From positions 1 through 63,316 of the forward strand of contig JARGFH010000016.1 of NCBI GenBank assembly GCA_029210695.1: 63,316 nt of DNA. Direction: 5' to 3'. The notes under the pieces are model-generated. The model was not told where the DNA came from, searched no databases, and was given only the letters and a program-made list of their open reading frames with translations. The first letter of the stretch is position 1; every line of letters begins with the position of its first letter. Both the position numbers and the translations under genes were made by a program. Positions 28,567 to 38,077 of the stretch are shown here, one piece after another. The stretch comes from Acidimicrobiia bacterium. Lineage in GTDB: Bacteria; Actinomycetota; Acidimicrobiia; Spongiisociales; JAHEDJ01.

Positions 28567-29882
28567 CCATGGCCGAATCGAATGAGCAAACGGTGGCGGT
28601 ACGGCACCCCAACGCCGTCGCCTCTGTCGAGGATCTACGCGTCCACTTCCGCTCGAAGGCCGGGACGGTGCACGCCGTCGACGGCGTTTCATTCGACATC
28701 CTCGATGGAGAGACCCTGGGCCTGGTCGGCGAAACCGGCTGCGGGAAGTCCGTGACGGCCCGCTCCTTCCTCCGTCTCGTGCCGATGCCACCCGGCATGC
28801 ACGTCGGGGGATTCGTTCTCTTCCACCCGAAGGAACCCTGCGAGGCTTGCGCCGGTCACGGGTGTGACGTTTGTGACCAATCCGGGAGAACGCCCGTTGC
28901 CTGCCCGAATTGCGCCGGGGCGGGCTGCGGCTTGTGTGAAGGAAGTGGCCGCGAAACCCTCGACCTCATGTCGATCCCGGAAGACCGCCTGCGCGAAATC
29001 CGCGGCAACCGGATCGCAATGATCTTCCAAGATCCGGCCAAAGCTCTCAACCCGGCACTCTCGATAGGCGACCAGATCGCCGAGGTGTTCTACGAGCATC
29101 GCCCTGCCGAGATTCTCGATCTCGCCGGATTCGATCAGACGGCGACGGGACCACTGCTTCAACGTAGCGCCAAATACAGATCGCGGATGCCAGAGCGAAT
29201 CGCCCTTGGGCTGCCACCACTTCGTGGCAAACGCAACCGCATCCGCCGGGCCGTCGGCGAGATGGTGGCCGAAGCACTCGCCGAAACACAGATCGCCAAT
29301 CCGTTGAAGGTCATGGAGCGCTACCCGCACGAACTCTCTGGAGGAATGCGACAGCGGGTCATGATCGCCCAAGCGCTGGCCTGCAACCCGGACCTGCTCA
29401 TCGCCGACGAGCCCACTACGGCTCTCGACGTGACCGTCCAGGCACGAATTCTCGAACTCGTGCGCGAACTCCAGCAACGGCGCCGCGCCGCGGTCCTTTA
29501 CATCAGTCACGACCTCGCACTGGTCAAGCGGGTGAGCGATCGGGTCGCCGTCATGTACGCCGGGCGGATCGTCGAGGTCGGCCCAACCGAGCAGATCTTC
29601 CGGGATCCGCTGCATCCCTATACCCGAGGTCTCCTCAACGCCATTCCGTCGGTCGATCATGAGCGCGGCCGATTGGTCGTGATCGAGGGCACCGTTCCAG
29701 AGCTCATCGACCCGGAGCCGGCCTGTCGATTTGCCGGTAGATGTCCACACGCAGCCGAGGTGTGTCTGGCTCAGGATCCACGGTTGTCAGATGTCGACGT
29801 TTCGCATCCGGTCGCCTGCTTCGTCCATCACCAGCCGTCTGGTGTGGCCCTCGCGATGCCATCTTTCTCTAAGGACAATTGA
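28563..29882 (+). CDS. ABC ATPase (DppD-like) with a Cys-rich insertion
   Basis: [25 protein letters not shown]-terminal Cys motif; 8-Cys insert. Confidence 0.92.
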   Translation: MTMAESNEQTVAVRHPNAVASVEDLRVHFRSKAGTVHAVDGVSFDILDGETLGLVGETGCGKSVTARSFLRLVPMPPGMHVGGFVLFHPKEPCEACAGHGCDVCDQSGRTPVACPNCAGAGCGLCEGSGRETLDLMSIPEDRLREIRGNRIAMIFQDPAKALNPALSIGDQIAEVFYEHRPAEILDLAGFDQTATGPLLQRSAKYRSRMPERIALGLPPLRGKRNRIRRAVGEMVAEALAETQIANPLKVMERYPHELSGGMRQRVMIAQALACNPDLLIADEPTTALDVTVQARILELVRELQQRRRAAVLYISHDLALVKRVSDRVAVMYAGRIVEVGPTEQIFRDPLHPYTRGLLNAIPSVDHERGRLVVIEGTVPELIDPEPACRFAGRCPHAAEVCLAQDPRLSDVDVSHPVACFVHHQPSGVALAMPSFSKDN

Positions 29883-31246
29883 TGACAATCTCCACTCGAA
29901 CTGCAGGACCAATCGAAGCTTCGACACCTGGTGAGATCGTTCTCGGTGTCCGCAACCTCCAGAAACACTTCCCAATCAAGGAGGGCGCCCTCCAGCGGGT
30001 CGTCGGAAGCGTCAAGGCGGTGGATGGGATCAACTTCGATCTTCGCAGGGGCGAGACGCTCGGCCTGGTGGGTGAGAGCGGTTGTGGCAAGACCACCCTC
30101 GGACGCTGCGTGGCCGGTCTGACAGATCCAACGGGAGGCGGTGTCTACTTCGACCTGACTGAGAACGAACGCGACCGGATCAACGCGCTTATGGCAGTCA
30201 CAGAAGATCGCCAAACCGACGAACAGCGGGCCGAACTGGAGGAGATAGCCAGAGTGCATCGCGTCGACCGTCTGGACGGCGACAACTGGAAACGCTACCG
30301 ACGCAACTGTCAGGTCGTGTTCCAAGACTCTTTCTCGTCGCTCAACCCGCGCCAATTCGTCAAAGACATCGTCGGCCGACCACTCAAAGTCCACCGCGAG
30401 GCATCCGGGCGCGACTTGACCGACCGTGTCGTTGCCCTGCTCGAGCAGGTCGGCCTCGGAAGCCAGCACCTCTACCGATATCCGCACCAGTTCTCGGGTG
30501 GTCAGCGGCAGCGCATATCTATTGCTCGTGCGCTGGCCCTCGATCCGGCACTCCTGATCCTCGACGAACCGACGAGCGCCCTCGACGTTTCGGTACAGGC
30601 TCAGATCCTCAATCTGCTGCACGAACTCCAACAGAAGCTCGGACTCACCTACTTGTTCATAACTCACGACCTGTCTGTGGTCCGTCACATGGCCGACCGG
30701 ATCGTGGTCATGTATCTGGGGAAGGAAGCCGAGGCCGCTAACACCAGCGACCTGTTCGAGCACCCGAACCACCCGTACACGGCGGCGTTGTTGGCGGCCA
30801 GCCCGGATGTCAATCAAGCCACCGACATACCAATGCGCCCGCTGGAAGGTTCAGTTCCAGATCCGGCGCGCCCACCGCAGGGGTGCCGGTTCCACACCAG
30901 GTGCCCGGTTGCCACTCCGGTTTGCGGGTGGGAACTCGACGATGTCGTACGCTGGCTCCAGGATGAGGAAGGCATGTTCGATCGCCTTCAAGGGGTTGAG
31001 CGACTCGACGAGTTCGGCGGATCATTCGAGTTCGAAGACGACAAGTCGGCGACTGCACTGGCAGACGGCCTGCGCTCCGATCGGGTCCCGGCTGCCCTGA
31101 CGGCCGCACTCGAGCACCTGGAAGTGGACGAGCGCTTCGTTCGGCTCCGCTTCAGCCCGGTAGAGGAGGTCGTTCTCACGCGGCGCGGGCCGGGCCATGA
31201 GGCCGCTTGTGTCTTCGACGCCTTGCCCGACGAGATCAAGGGTTGA
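29879..31246 (+). CDS. ABC ATPase (DppF-like) with insertions
   Basis: GESGCGKT, FSGGQRQR, HPYT, GCRFHTRC. Confidence 0.92.
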   Translation: MMTISTRTAGPIEASTPGEIVLGVRNLQKHFPIKEGALQRVVGSVKAVDGINFDLRRGETLGLVGESGCGKTTLGRCVAGLTDPTGGGVYFDLTENERDRINALMAVTEDRQTDEQRAELEEIARVHRVDRLDGDNWKRYRRNCQVVFQDSFSSLNPRQFVKDIVGRPLKVHREASGRDLTDRVVALLEQVGLGSQHLYRYPHQFSGGQRQRISIARALALDPALLILDEPTSALDVSVQAQILNLLHELQQKLGLTYLFITHDLSVVRHMADRIVVMYLGKEAEAANTSDLFEHPNHPYTAALLAASPDVNQATDIPMRPLEGSVPDPARPPQGCRFHTRCPVATPVCGWELDDVVRWLQDEEGMFDRLQGVERLDEFGGSFEFEDDKSATALADGLRSDRVPAALTAALEHLEVDERFVRLRFSPVEEVVLTRRGPGHEAACVFDALPDEIKG

Positions 31247-31292
31247 ATCCCGCGGTCGGAACCGCTGAATCGGGAGCGGAGCCGGGTCAACC

Positions 31293-32555
31293 GTGAAGAG
31301 GAGTCGCTACAGCTCGTTCACCCGACTCCTGGCCGACGTGACCCCACTCCGGCAGTCCCCCAGGTTCCGATGGTTGTACGCCGGACTATCACTGGCGTGG
31401 CTCGGCCGACAGTTGACAGTTGTGGCCGTTCCGTACCAGGTCTATCAGCTCACCGGCTCGACACTCCTGGTAGGCGCGCTGGGAATCGCTCAGCTGGTGC
31501 CGCTGCTCTTGACCTCAATCGTTGGAGGAGCGATCGTAGATTCGGTCGATCGCCGCCGGCTGCTGGTGATCGCTCAGGTGGCGCTGATGGCGACCGCCGT
31601 CGGGCTCGCTTTGAACGCCTCACTCTCCGAGCCGAGAGTCTGGTTGATCTTCGTGCTGAGCGGGCTCAACGCAGGCATTTCCGCCATCGATAGTCCGGCC
31701 AGGACTGCCTCAGTTCCGGCACTGGTGGGACGCGACCTGTTGCCGGCGGCCCTGGCACTCACTCAGATCCTCGGCAATGTCGCCAAGACGGTTGGACCGG
31801 CCATCGGAGGACTGCTGATCGCTCGCACCAGCTTGAGCCTCACCTACAGCCTCGAGGCGGTCGCGTTCGGCGTCGGAACGGTGCTCATGTTCAAGATCGG
31901 TTCACTGAAACCCGAGGGAGGCGGCCAGCGGTTCGGGTGGACGTCGATCAAGGAAGGGTATTCGTTCCTGCGGGAGCGACGCCTCCTCCAGGCCAACTTC
32001 GCAATCGACCTCAACGCAATGATCTTCGGCATGCCCCAGGCCCTGTTCCCGGCAATCGGCCTAACGATGCTGGGCGGAGACGCCTCCACGGTGGGACTGC
32101 TGTATGCCGCCCCCGGTGCCGGTGCCCTCATCGCCGCGGTGACCTCTGGATGGGTTGGCTCCATCGTCAGGCAAGGTCGGGCAGTTGTAATAGCGGTCAT
32201 CGCCTGGGGAGCCGCCATCGTCGGATTCGGGCTGGCCAAGTCGGTGGTTGTTGCGGTGATCTTCCTGGCCATCGCAGGCGGCGCCGATGTGATTTCTGCG
32301 GTCTTCCGGAACACGATCCTGCAGCTGGCAGTGCCGGATCGTCTACGCGGCCGGTTGTCGTCCATCCACATCGCCGTGGTCAGCGGCGGTCCACGCCTCG
32401 GCGACTTCGAGGCAGGTGCCGTCGCCTCGGCAACGACCCCACAGATCTCAGTCGTTTCGGGAGGCCTCGCCTGCATCATCGGCGCCTTCATCATCGCCAG
32501 GAAAATGCCTCAGCTCAACGCCTACCGGGCCGGTGACGAAGCAGAGCTCCGATAG
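31293..32555 (+). CDS. MFS transporter (EntS-like)
   Basis: DVTPLR, GGAIVDSVDRRRL, PDRLRGR, GPRLGD. Confidence 0.88.
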   Translation: MKRSRYSSFTRLLADVTPLRQSPRFRWLYAGLSLAWLGRQLTVVAVPYQVYQLTGSTLLVGALGIAQLVPLLLTSIVGGAIVDSVDRRRLLVIAQVALMATAVGLALNASLSEPRVWLIFVLSGLNAGISAIDSPARTASVPALVGRDLLPAALALTQILGNVAKTVGPAIGGLLIARTSLSLTYSLEAVAFGVGTVLMFKIGSLKPEGGGQRFGWTSIKEGYSFLRERRLLQANFAIDLNAMIFGMPQALFPAIGLTMLGGDASTVGLLYAAPGAGALIAAVTSGWVGSIVRQGRAVVIAVIAWGAAIVGFGLAKSVVVAVIFLAIAGGADVISAVFRNTILQLAVPDRLRGRLSSIHIAVVSGGPRLGDFEAGAVASATTPQISVVSGGLACIIGAFIIARKMPQLNAYRAGDEAELR

Positions 32556-32579
32556 GCCGAGTCGGATCCGGGGCGGCAA

Positions 32580-33299
32580 TCAACCCCGAGATCGGTCTAT
32601 CTCGACCGAAATCGGGTCGAACGGGTCAAGTGCGAACGTGAATTCGGTGCTCTCGGTGACGTGGATGGGCTGGAAGATCGAACCGGTGATGATCACGTCT
32701 CCGGCCCGGAGCATCTCGCCGCCGGCGCTCAGGGTGTTAGCGACAGTGGCAACGGCCGTTGTATGGGAGCCGGCGATTGTCTGAAGGTCGCGCGTGGTGA
32801 ATCGCTCCTGGCCGTCGATCAGGACCCGGGCCACCAGATCGGTGATATCCAACCCTGCCCGGTTCTCATCCGGGTCGCCGAGGATCACTCCCTTGTGGAA
32901 GATATTTCTAGCTAGGATTGCCTCAATACCTGCAGCCTCCACGGGGAGGTCGACGTCGGCCAGTTCGATGGCGGGCCCCAGTGCGGATATCGCCGATCGA
33001 ATGTCCTCCTCGCCGGCTCCGGCATCCAGGTCCGCTCCGATGTAGACGGCCACTTCGAACTCGACCATCGCCTGCTTCCAGCCGGTAACCGCGATTTGCG
33101 CCCCGGACTCGAATTTCGTTGAGCTGGTCAGATAGCCGACCAGAGGGCTCGTGATCTGCATCAGCTCGTGGGCCGATGGAGAGCCGAACCCGACCTTCCA
33201 GCCTATCGCCGTCGCTCCCCGGCTCAGCGTCCGCCGGCGCGTTGCCAGCTGCCGGTTCATTCCGGTGGCAACGCGCGGATTCCCCTGGGCCCGGCTCAC
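32580..33299 (-). CDS. 2-keto-4-pentenoate hydratase-like (FAH family) protein
   Basis: GWKVG, VEFEVA, PAIEL, LRAGDVIITGS. Confidence 0.8.
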   Translation of the reverse strand: MSRAQGNPRVATGMNRQLATRRRTLSRGATAIGWKVGFGSPSAHELMQITSPLVGYLTSSTKFESGAQIAVTGWKQAMVEFEVAVYIGADLDAGAGEEDIRSAISALGPAIELADVDLPVEAAGIEAILARNIFHKGVILGDPDENRAGLDITDLVARVLIDGQERFTTRDLQTIAGSHTTAVATVANTLSAGGEMLRAGDVIITGSIFQPIHVTESTEFTFALDPFDPISVEIDRSRG

Positions 33300-33703
33300 C
33301 CGACTTCCTCTTCGTCGACTTCGTATCCGGAATCCTCCAGCGAACCGGAGCCACTCCAACCCCACACCAGTACAACCTCTCCGTCGCCGGTGTTGTCGAA
33401 TCCGTGGAAGCGGCCACGCGGCGTCCAGATCACGTCGCCAACACCGGCCGGCTCGGTGCCGAGGTCGGTGTAGATCCGACCTGACCCTTTGAGGACGATG
33501 AAGAACTCGTCGGCGTTGCGGTGTAGGTGCCGGTCGTGACGAGCGCCGGGTGGGAGAACGGTCCAGCCGAGCAAAAAGTCGTCGCTTCCTACCGTGGCCT
33601 TGTCAATGAGGAATTGGACCTGCATATTGATCCAACCTTCGTCCTCCCGCAGTCCCCCAACGTGGGGCACCCTGGAGAGGTTGGTGTGGAATCGCTCGGT
33701 CAT
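33296..33703 (-). CDS. Cupin-domain protein
   Basis: HLHRNADEFF...G...PRGRFH. Confidence 0.85.
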   Translation of the reverse strand: MTERFHTNLSRVPHVGGLREDEGWINMQVQFLIDKATVGSDDFLLGWTVLPPGARHDRHLHRNADEFFIVLKGSGRIYTDLGTEPAGVGDVIWTPRGRFHGFDNTGDGEVVLVWGWSGSGSLEDSGYEVDEEEVG

Positions 33704-34575
33704 CGTCCACCCGACAACATGTGATAGACATCGAAGACCGTTACGAAGTCACGGTGATCGATTCCGAGACCGCGACAGGCGTTGAGTAGCTCGTTGGCAA
33801 CTGCGGCGAGTGGTGCCGGTGAACCCTGACGTCGGGCTACCTCCAGGGCCAGCAACATGTCTTTTTGTTGGAGCGTGACGTCGGCGAGTGGCTTCTCCGG
33901 CATCTCGAGAATGAACGGACCCCGATAACCCATCACCGGCGAGGCCACCACACTCTTGAGCATGGCGTCGACCGCCACCGCCCGGTCTACTCCGCCTTTC
34001 TCGGCCAGGGCGACCGACTCGCAGAACACGACCATCTCCACGATCAGAGTCAGGTTGATCGCCACCTTCATCTGGACGGCAGTACCGGACGGGCCGATGT
34101 AGCTGACCTTCGACCCGATGTCGAGCAACACCGGCTCGACCCTGGCGTAGGCCTGCCGGTCACCACCCACCATGATCGAGGCGGAGCCTTGACGAATAGT
34201 CACCGGACTACCCGACAACGGAGCATCAAGCATGACGAGCCCTCTTTCGGAGAAGGCGGCAGCCACCGTCCGGCTAACGTCGGGGTCGATCGTGCTCATG
34301 TCGAGATATACCGCTCCTTCCGGCAATCCGGCAATGACGCCATCGTCGCCAAGTGCAACTGCGGATACCGCGTCTGCGTCCGTGACCATTGAGAAGACGA
34401 GGTCCGACGCCGCCGCCGCCTGGCGGGGAGTGTCTGCCCATCTCATGCCCTGTTCGAGGAGCTGATCGGCTTTCGAAGGCGTTCGGTTCCACCCGGTAAC
34501 TGGGTGACCGGCACCCAGGAGGCGGGGGATGATCACCTGCCCCATATCGCCGAGTCCGATCCATCCCACTTTCAA
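33700..34575 (-). CDS. Beta-hydroxyacid dehydrogenase (3-hydroxyisobutyrate/tartronate semialdehyde reductase family)
   Basis: WIGLGDMG, DMSTI, DAPLSG, MKVAIN, QKD. Confidence 0.9.
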   Translation of the reverse strand: MKVGWIGLGDMGQVIIPRLLGAGHPVTGWNRTPSKADQLLEQGMRWADTPRQAAAASDLVFSMVTDADAVSAVALGDDGVIAGLPEGAVYLDMSTIDPDVSRTVAAAFSERGLVMLDAPLSGSPVTIRQGSASIMVGGDRQAYARVEPVLLDIGSKVSYIGPSGTAVQMKVAINLTLIVEMVVFCESVALAEKGGVDRAVAVDAMLKSVVASPVMGYRGPFILEMPEKPLADVTLQQKDMLLALEVARRQGSPAPLAAVANELLNACRGLGIDHRDFVTVFDVYHMLSGGR

Positions 34576-34699
34576 GAGCAGACCTCCTGTTCTGGTGTCC
34601 TTTCCAACTACGGTAGACGGAGACAAGCGGGGGATGCTGAGCGGAGAGATTCCGGGTAGACCGACCGGTGTGAGGCGCCGGCTGATTCGAGGAGTTGAC

Positions 34700-35857
34700 A
34701 TGACACGGCCGGCCGACTCGAGCGGGTTTCAGCAGGTTGGGCACTCGAATCTCAACGGCTACGGGGACGGGATGCAGGTGATCCGGGACGCCGATGCCCT
34801 CTACGTTGGGCACTTCGGTGTCAGCGGGATGGGTACCAGCGTCCTCGACGTTGGCGACGTGAACAGCCCGACGGTGGTCAAACAATGGAAATCCCCACCG
34901 GGAAGTCATACCCACAAGGTCCAGGTCGCCGACCGGCTACTGCTTGTAAACCAGGAACAGTTTCGCGGAGGCGACCCATATTCGGCAGGCATGGCGATCT
35001 ACAGCTTGGATGATCCTTTTGACCCGCACCAGATCGGGTTCTTTGCGTCCGGCGGCCGGGGCGTGCATCGAATCTGGTGGACGGGCGGGCGGTATGCCTA
35101 CGTATCGGCCATACCGGAGGGATTCGAGGGCCGCATCCTGGTCATCGTCGACATGAGCGATCCCGAGCACCCGGTGGAAGCCGGTCGGTGGTGGACGCGG
35201 CGGGATGGAATCCCTGGAGCGCCGGAACCGGCCACGGCTCGTCCGATTCATCACGCTCTAGTCGACGGCAACCGTGCCTACGTCGGAATGTGGGACCGGG
35301 GGATGACGATCCTCGACATCTCGGACGTCTCTCGCCCTGAGATCGTGTCGACGCTGGACTGGTCGCCTGGTGGCGAGAGCCACACCTGTTTGCCCTTGCG
35401 GGGCCGCGCTCTGGTGGTGACTACCGACGAAGAGACCAAGAATCGTTGCGAGGGTGACCCCCGCATGGCGAGGGTGGTCGACGTGTCTGATGAACGGAAT
35501 CCACAGGTGATTTCCACCTTGCCGGTGCCTGAAGGCGATTTCTGCGAACGGGGCCTACGGTTCGGTGCACACTGTCTTCACGAGAACCGGCCTGGAAGCT
35601 ACATCAGTGAAGAGGTCTTCTTCCTGACCTACTTCAATGCAGGATTGCGGGTGTACGACCTCGCCGACCCTTATCACCCGATAGAGATCGCCCACTGGAT
35701 TCCCGAAACGCCACCTGATCAGGAGGACGTACAGATCAACGACGTGTTCGTTGACGAAGACGGCCTGGTCTATGCCACCGATCGGGTGCTGGGCGGGGTC
35801 TACATTCTGGCGCCCGACGCGCAACTGGCTACCCGAATGCTCGAAGCCTCTTTCTAA
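34700..35857 (+). CDS. LVIVD-repeat beta-propeller protein
   Basis: ILVIVDMSDP, TILDISD, VVDVSD, LRVYDL repeats; His motifs. Confidence 0.82.
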   Translation: MTRPADSSGFQQVGHSNLNGYGDGMQVIRDADALYVGHFGVSGMGTSVLDVGDVNSPTVVKQWKSPPGSHTHKVQVADRLLLVNQEQFRGGDPYSAGMAIYSLDDPFDPHQIGFFASGGRGVHRIWWTGGRYAYVSAIPEGFEGRILVIVDMSDPEHPVEAGRWWTRRDGIPGAPEPATARPIHHALVDGNRAYVGMWDRGMTILDISDVSRPEIVSTLDWSPGGESHTCLPLRGRALVVTTDEETKNRCEGDPRMARVVDVSDERNPQVISTLPVPEGDFCERGLRFGAHCLHENRPGSYISEEVFFLTYFNAGLRVYDLADPYHPIEIAHWIPETPPDQEDVQINDVFVDEDGLVYATDRVLGGVYILAPDAQLATRMLEASF

Positions 35858-35940
35858 TCACCTAGGGTGCGCAATCTGTCTCCTCGCCCGACTGGTGCCC
35901 GGCTGCACGACGGGGCTCAAGGCGGGAGATCTCGTTGTTC

Positions 35941-35954
35941 TGCAAACGATTGCC
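35941..35954. promoter_or_regulatory. LacI-type operator
   Basis: TGCAAACGATTGCC, followed by a TAGACT -10-like box, upstream of 35992. Confidence 0.72.
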
Positions 35955-35991
35955 GGTTTAGACTCCGATGATTCGATTAGGAGTGGTCGCA

Positions 35992-36951
35992 GTGCCTCAA
36001 CGTGTAGCAATCCTCGGCACTCGCTACCCGGATTTGTCAGTCGAACAGAAGATCCTCGGGGGTCTTGACGTAGAAATCGTCACCGGCGACGGGGCCGACG
36101 GTGCTCAGATCGTCGAAGTCGCCGGGACCGCGACAGTGATCCTGGCCGGCTCCCGGCCCCGGTTCACGGCCCAGGTGCTGGAACGTCTTTCGTGCCGGGC
36201 CATCGTCCGATACGGCGTCGGGGTCGACTCGGTCGATATCGCGGCGGCGAGACGGTTGGGCATCCTGGTGGCCAGCGTTCCCGACTACGGGACTGAGGCC
36301 GTCGCCGTGCATACGGTGGCACTCATCCTGGCGGCCATCCGCAAGCTCCCCCAGGCCGACCACCATGCCAAGTCGGGCCGGTGGGGCTTTGCCGATCTCC
36401 GTCCGCTCCACCTGCCGTCTGAACTCACGGTCGGCGTGGTCGGATTCGGCCGGATCGGACAGGCCGTGGCGAGAATGCTCCGAGGCATCGGTTTTGATCT
36501 AATTGTGCATGATCACCTGGTATCAGCCGGAGACCTCAGTACGGCCGAGTCACTCGAAGAGCTGCTTGAAGTCAGCGACGTCATCACGCTGCACACTCCC
36601 GGTGCCCCGGACCGGACACCGTTGCTCGATCGCAACGCCCTCCTGCTTCTTCGACCGGGCAGCATTGTCGTCAACACGGCCCGCGGCTCCCTTGTGGACC
36701 TCAAAGCACTCGTCGAGGGCTTGCGGGCCGGCAGGCCGACCGTGGCCTGTCTCGACGTGTTTCCCGAGGAACCTCCCGATCTCTCGCAGTTCTCACCCGT
36801 CATCGACCGTGTGATCCTGACGCCCCACGTGGCGTGGTACACAGAGGAGTCACAGCTCGACCTCCGCCGCAAGGGCGCCGAGGAAGCCGCGCGAGTTCTG
36901 AGGGGTGAGGAATTGAGGAATCCGGTCCCGCATCAAGGAGAAACCACGTGA
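35992..36951 (+). CDS. D-isomer-specific 2-hydroxyacid dehydrogenase
   Basis: RYGVGVD, GFGRIG, VNTARG, LDVFPEEP, TPHVAW. Confidence 0.9.
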   Translation: MPQRVAILGTRYPDLSVEQKILGGLDVEIVTGDGADGAQIVEVAGTATVILAGSRPRFTAQVLERLSCRAIVRYGVGVDSVDIAAARRLGILVASVPDYGTEAVAVHTVALILAAIRKLPQADHHAKSGRWGFADLRPLHLPSELTVGVVGFGRIGQAVARMLRGIGFDLIVHDHLVSAGDLSTAESLEELLEVSDVITLHTPGAPDRTPLLDRNALLLLRPGSIVVNTARGSLVDLKALVEGLRAGRPTVACLDVFPEEPPDLSQFSPVIDRVILTPHVAWYTEESQLDLRRKGAEEAARVLRGEELRNPVPHQGETT

Positions 36952-37697
36952 CGCGCTCAATCTACGAGCTGACCAGCCCCGAGGTAGCGCAAGTCATCGC
37001 AGATTCACCGATGGCTGTTCTTCCCTTCGGGAGCACGGAACAGCACGGACCACACCTGCCGTGTGGGACCGATACGATGGCGGCAGAGCTGATCGCGGCA
37101 GAAATCGCGGAGAGAACCCGGGGCCTCTACGTTCCGTTCGGCCCCTACGGTGTTACCCCTATTCATGCCGGCCATCCCGGCACGATCTCGTTGAGCAGAG
37201 CAACCTTCGAGGGCCTGCTCAAGGATGTCTGCACCGAGTTGATCGACATGGGGGTATCGACCTTCGTGTTCGTCAACTGGCATGAGGGCAACATCGCTTC
37301 GCTCGACGGAGTCGCCACCGACCTCCAATCCACCCGAGACGCCACTTTCATCGTCGCCCACGCCTGCTACACGGCCCAACGGGTCTACGAGGACAAGGGC
37401 GGAGAACTCACTCACGGGGGAGGAATCGAAGCGCTGGCCGTCCTCGCCTACGACCCGTTATTGGCCAAAGTGGACCTGGCCGGTGAGCCAACCCGACCTC
37501 CCAAGGCTCATGCACTCGATGAGATGCGGCGGTCGAAAGAGGTATATGGGTTCATCACGGATGTGACCGAAATCGATGCTGAAGGATGGTACGGGAGCCC
37601 ACAATGGGCGACCGACGAGCGGGCCGCCGGCTTCGTACAGACGGTATCCGGGGCAATCATGGATCGACTCAGCGGCATCCTCGCCCTCCGATCATGA
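36948..37697 (+). CDS. Creatininase-family amidohydrolase
   Basis: GSTEQHGPHLPCGTD, NWHEGN, HGGGIE. Confidence 0.88.
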   Translation: MTRSIYELTSPEVAQVIADSPMAVLPFGSTEQHGPHLPCGTDTMAAELIAAEIAERTRGLYVPFGPYGVTPIHAGHPGTISLSRATFEGLLKDVCTELIDMGVSTFVFVNWHEGNIASLDGVATDLQSTRDATFIVAHACYTAQRVYEDKGGELTHGGGIEALAVLAYDPLLAKVDLAGEPTRPPKAHALDEMRRSKEVYGFITDVTEIDAEGWYGSPQWATDERAAGFVQTVSGAIMDRLSGILALRS

Positions 37698-38077
37698 CCG
37701 TCGTTCATTCCTCCGATCTCAGTTTCAGGGATCTTCCCGGTCGAAGTTCTGCCGACCCATTCCACGACCTCGACCCGGGACCCCTGGCCGTGCGCGTCGT
37801 GATCATCGAGGAACACACCGGGCGAACACCACATCTCCACCCCCACAGCCCCGAGATCATCTACGTGGCCGAGGGCCGAGGAACAGCCTGGCAAGAGCGG
37901 GCGGAGACACATGTGGCCGCCGGCGACATAATTAGGATTCCGCAGAACGTTGCTCACGCGACAATCCCGGAAGCCGGATCGCGACTCAAGTTGATCTGCT
38001 TCTTCCCGCGTGGAGATCTCAGCACGAATCTCGTGGAGCTCGAAGGGACCATTTCGATCGATGAGGAGAGAAGATGA
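37694..38077 (+). CDS. Cupin-domain protein
   Basis: PHLHPHSPEIIYV...IPQNVAH. Confidence 0.82.
   Translation: MTVVHSSDLSFRDLPGRSSADPFHDLDPGPLAVRVVIIEEHTGRTPHLHPHSPEIIYVAEGRGTAWQERAETHVAAGDIIRIPQNVAHATIPEAGSRLKLICFFPRGDLSTNLVELEGTISIDEERR

Noticed and set aside
36948..37697. Mycofactocin peptidase MftE / RiPP cluster
   Set aside because: No mftA precursor, mftB or radical SAM mftC is in the window; a general creatininase-family call is safer.
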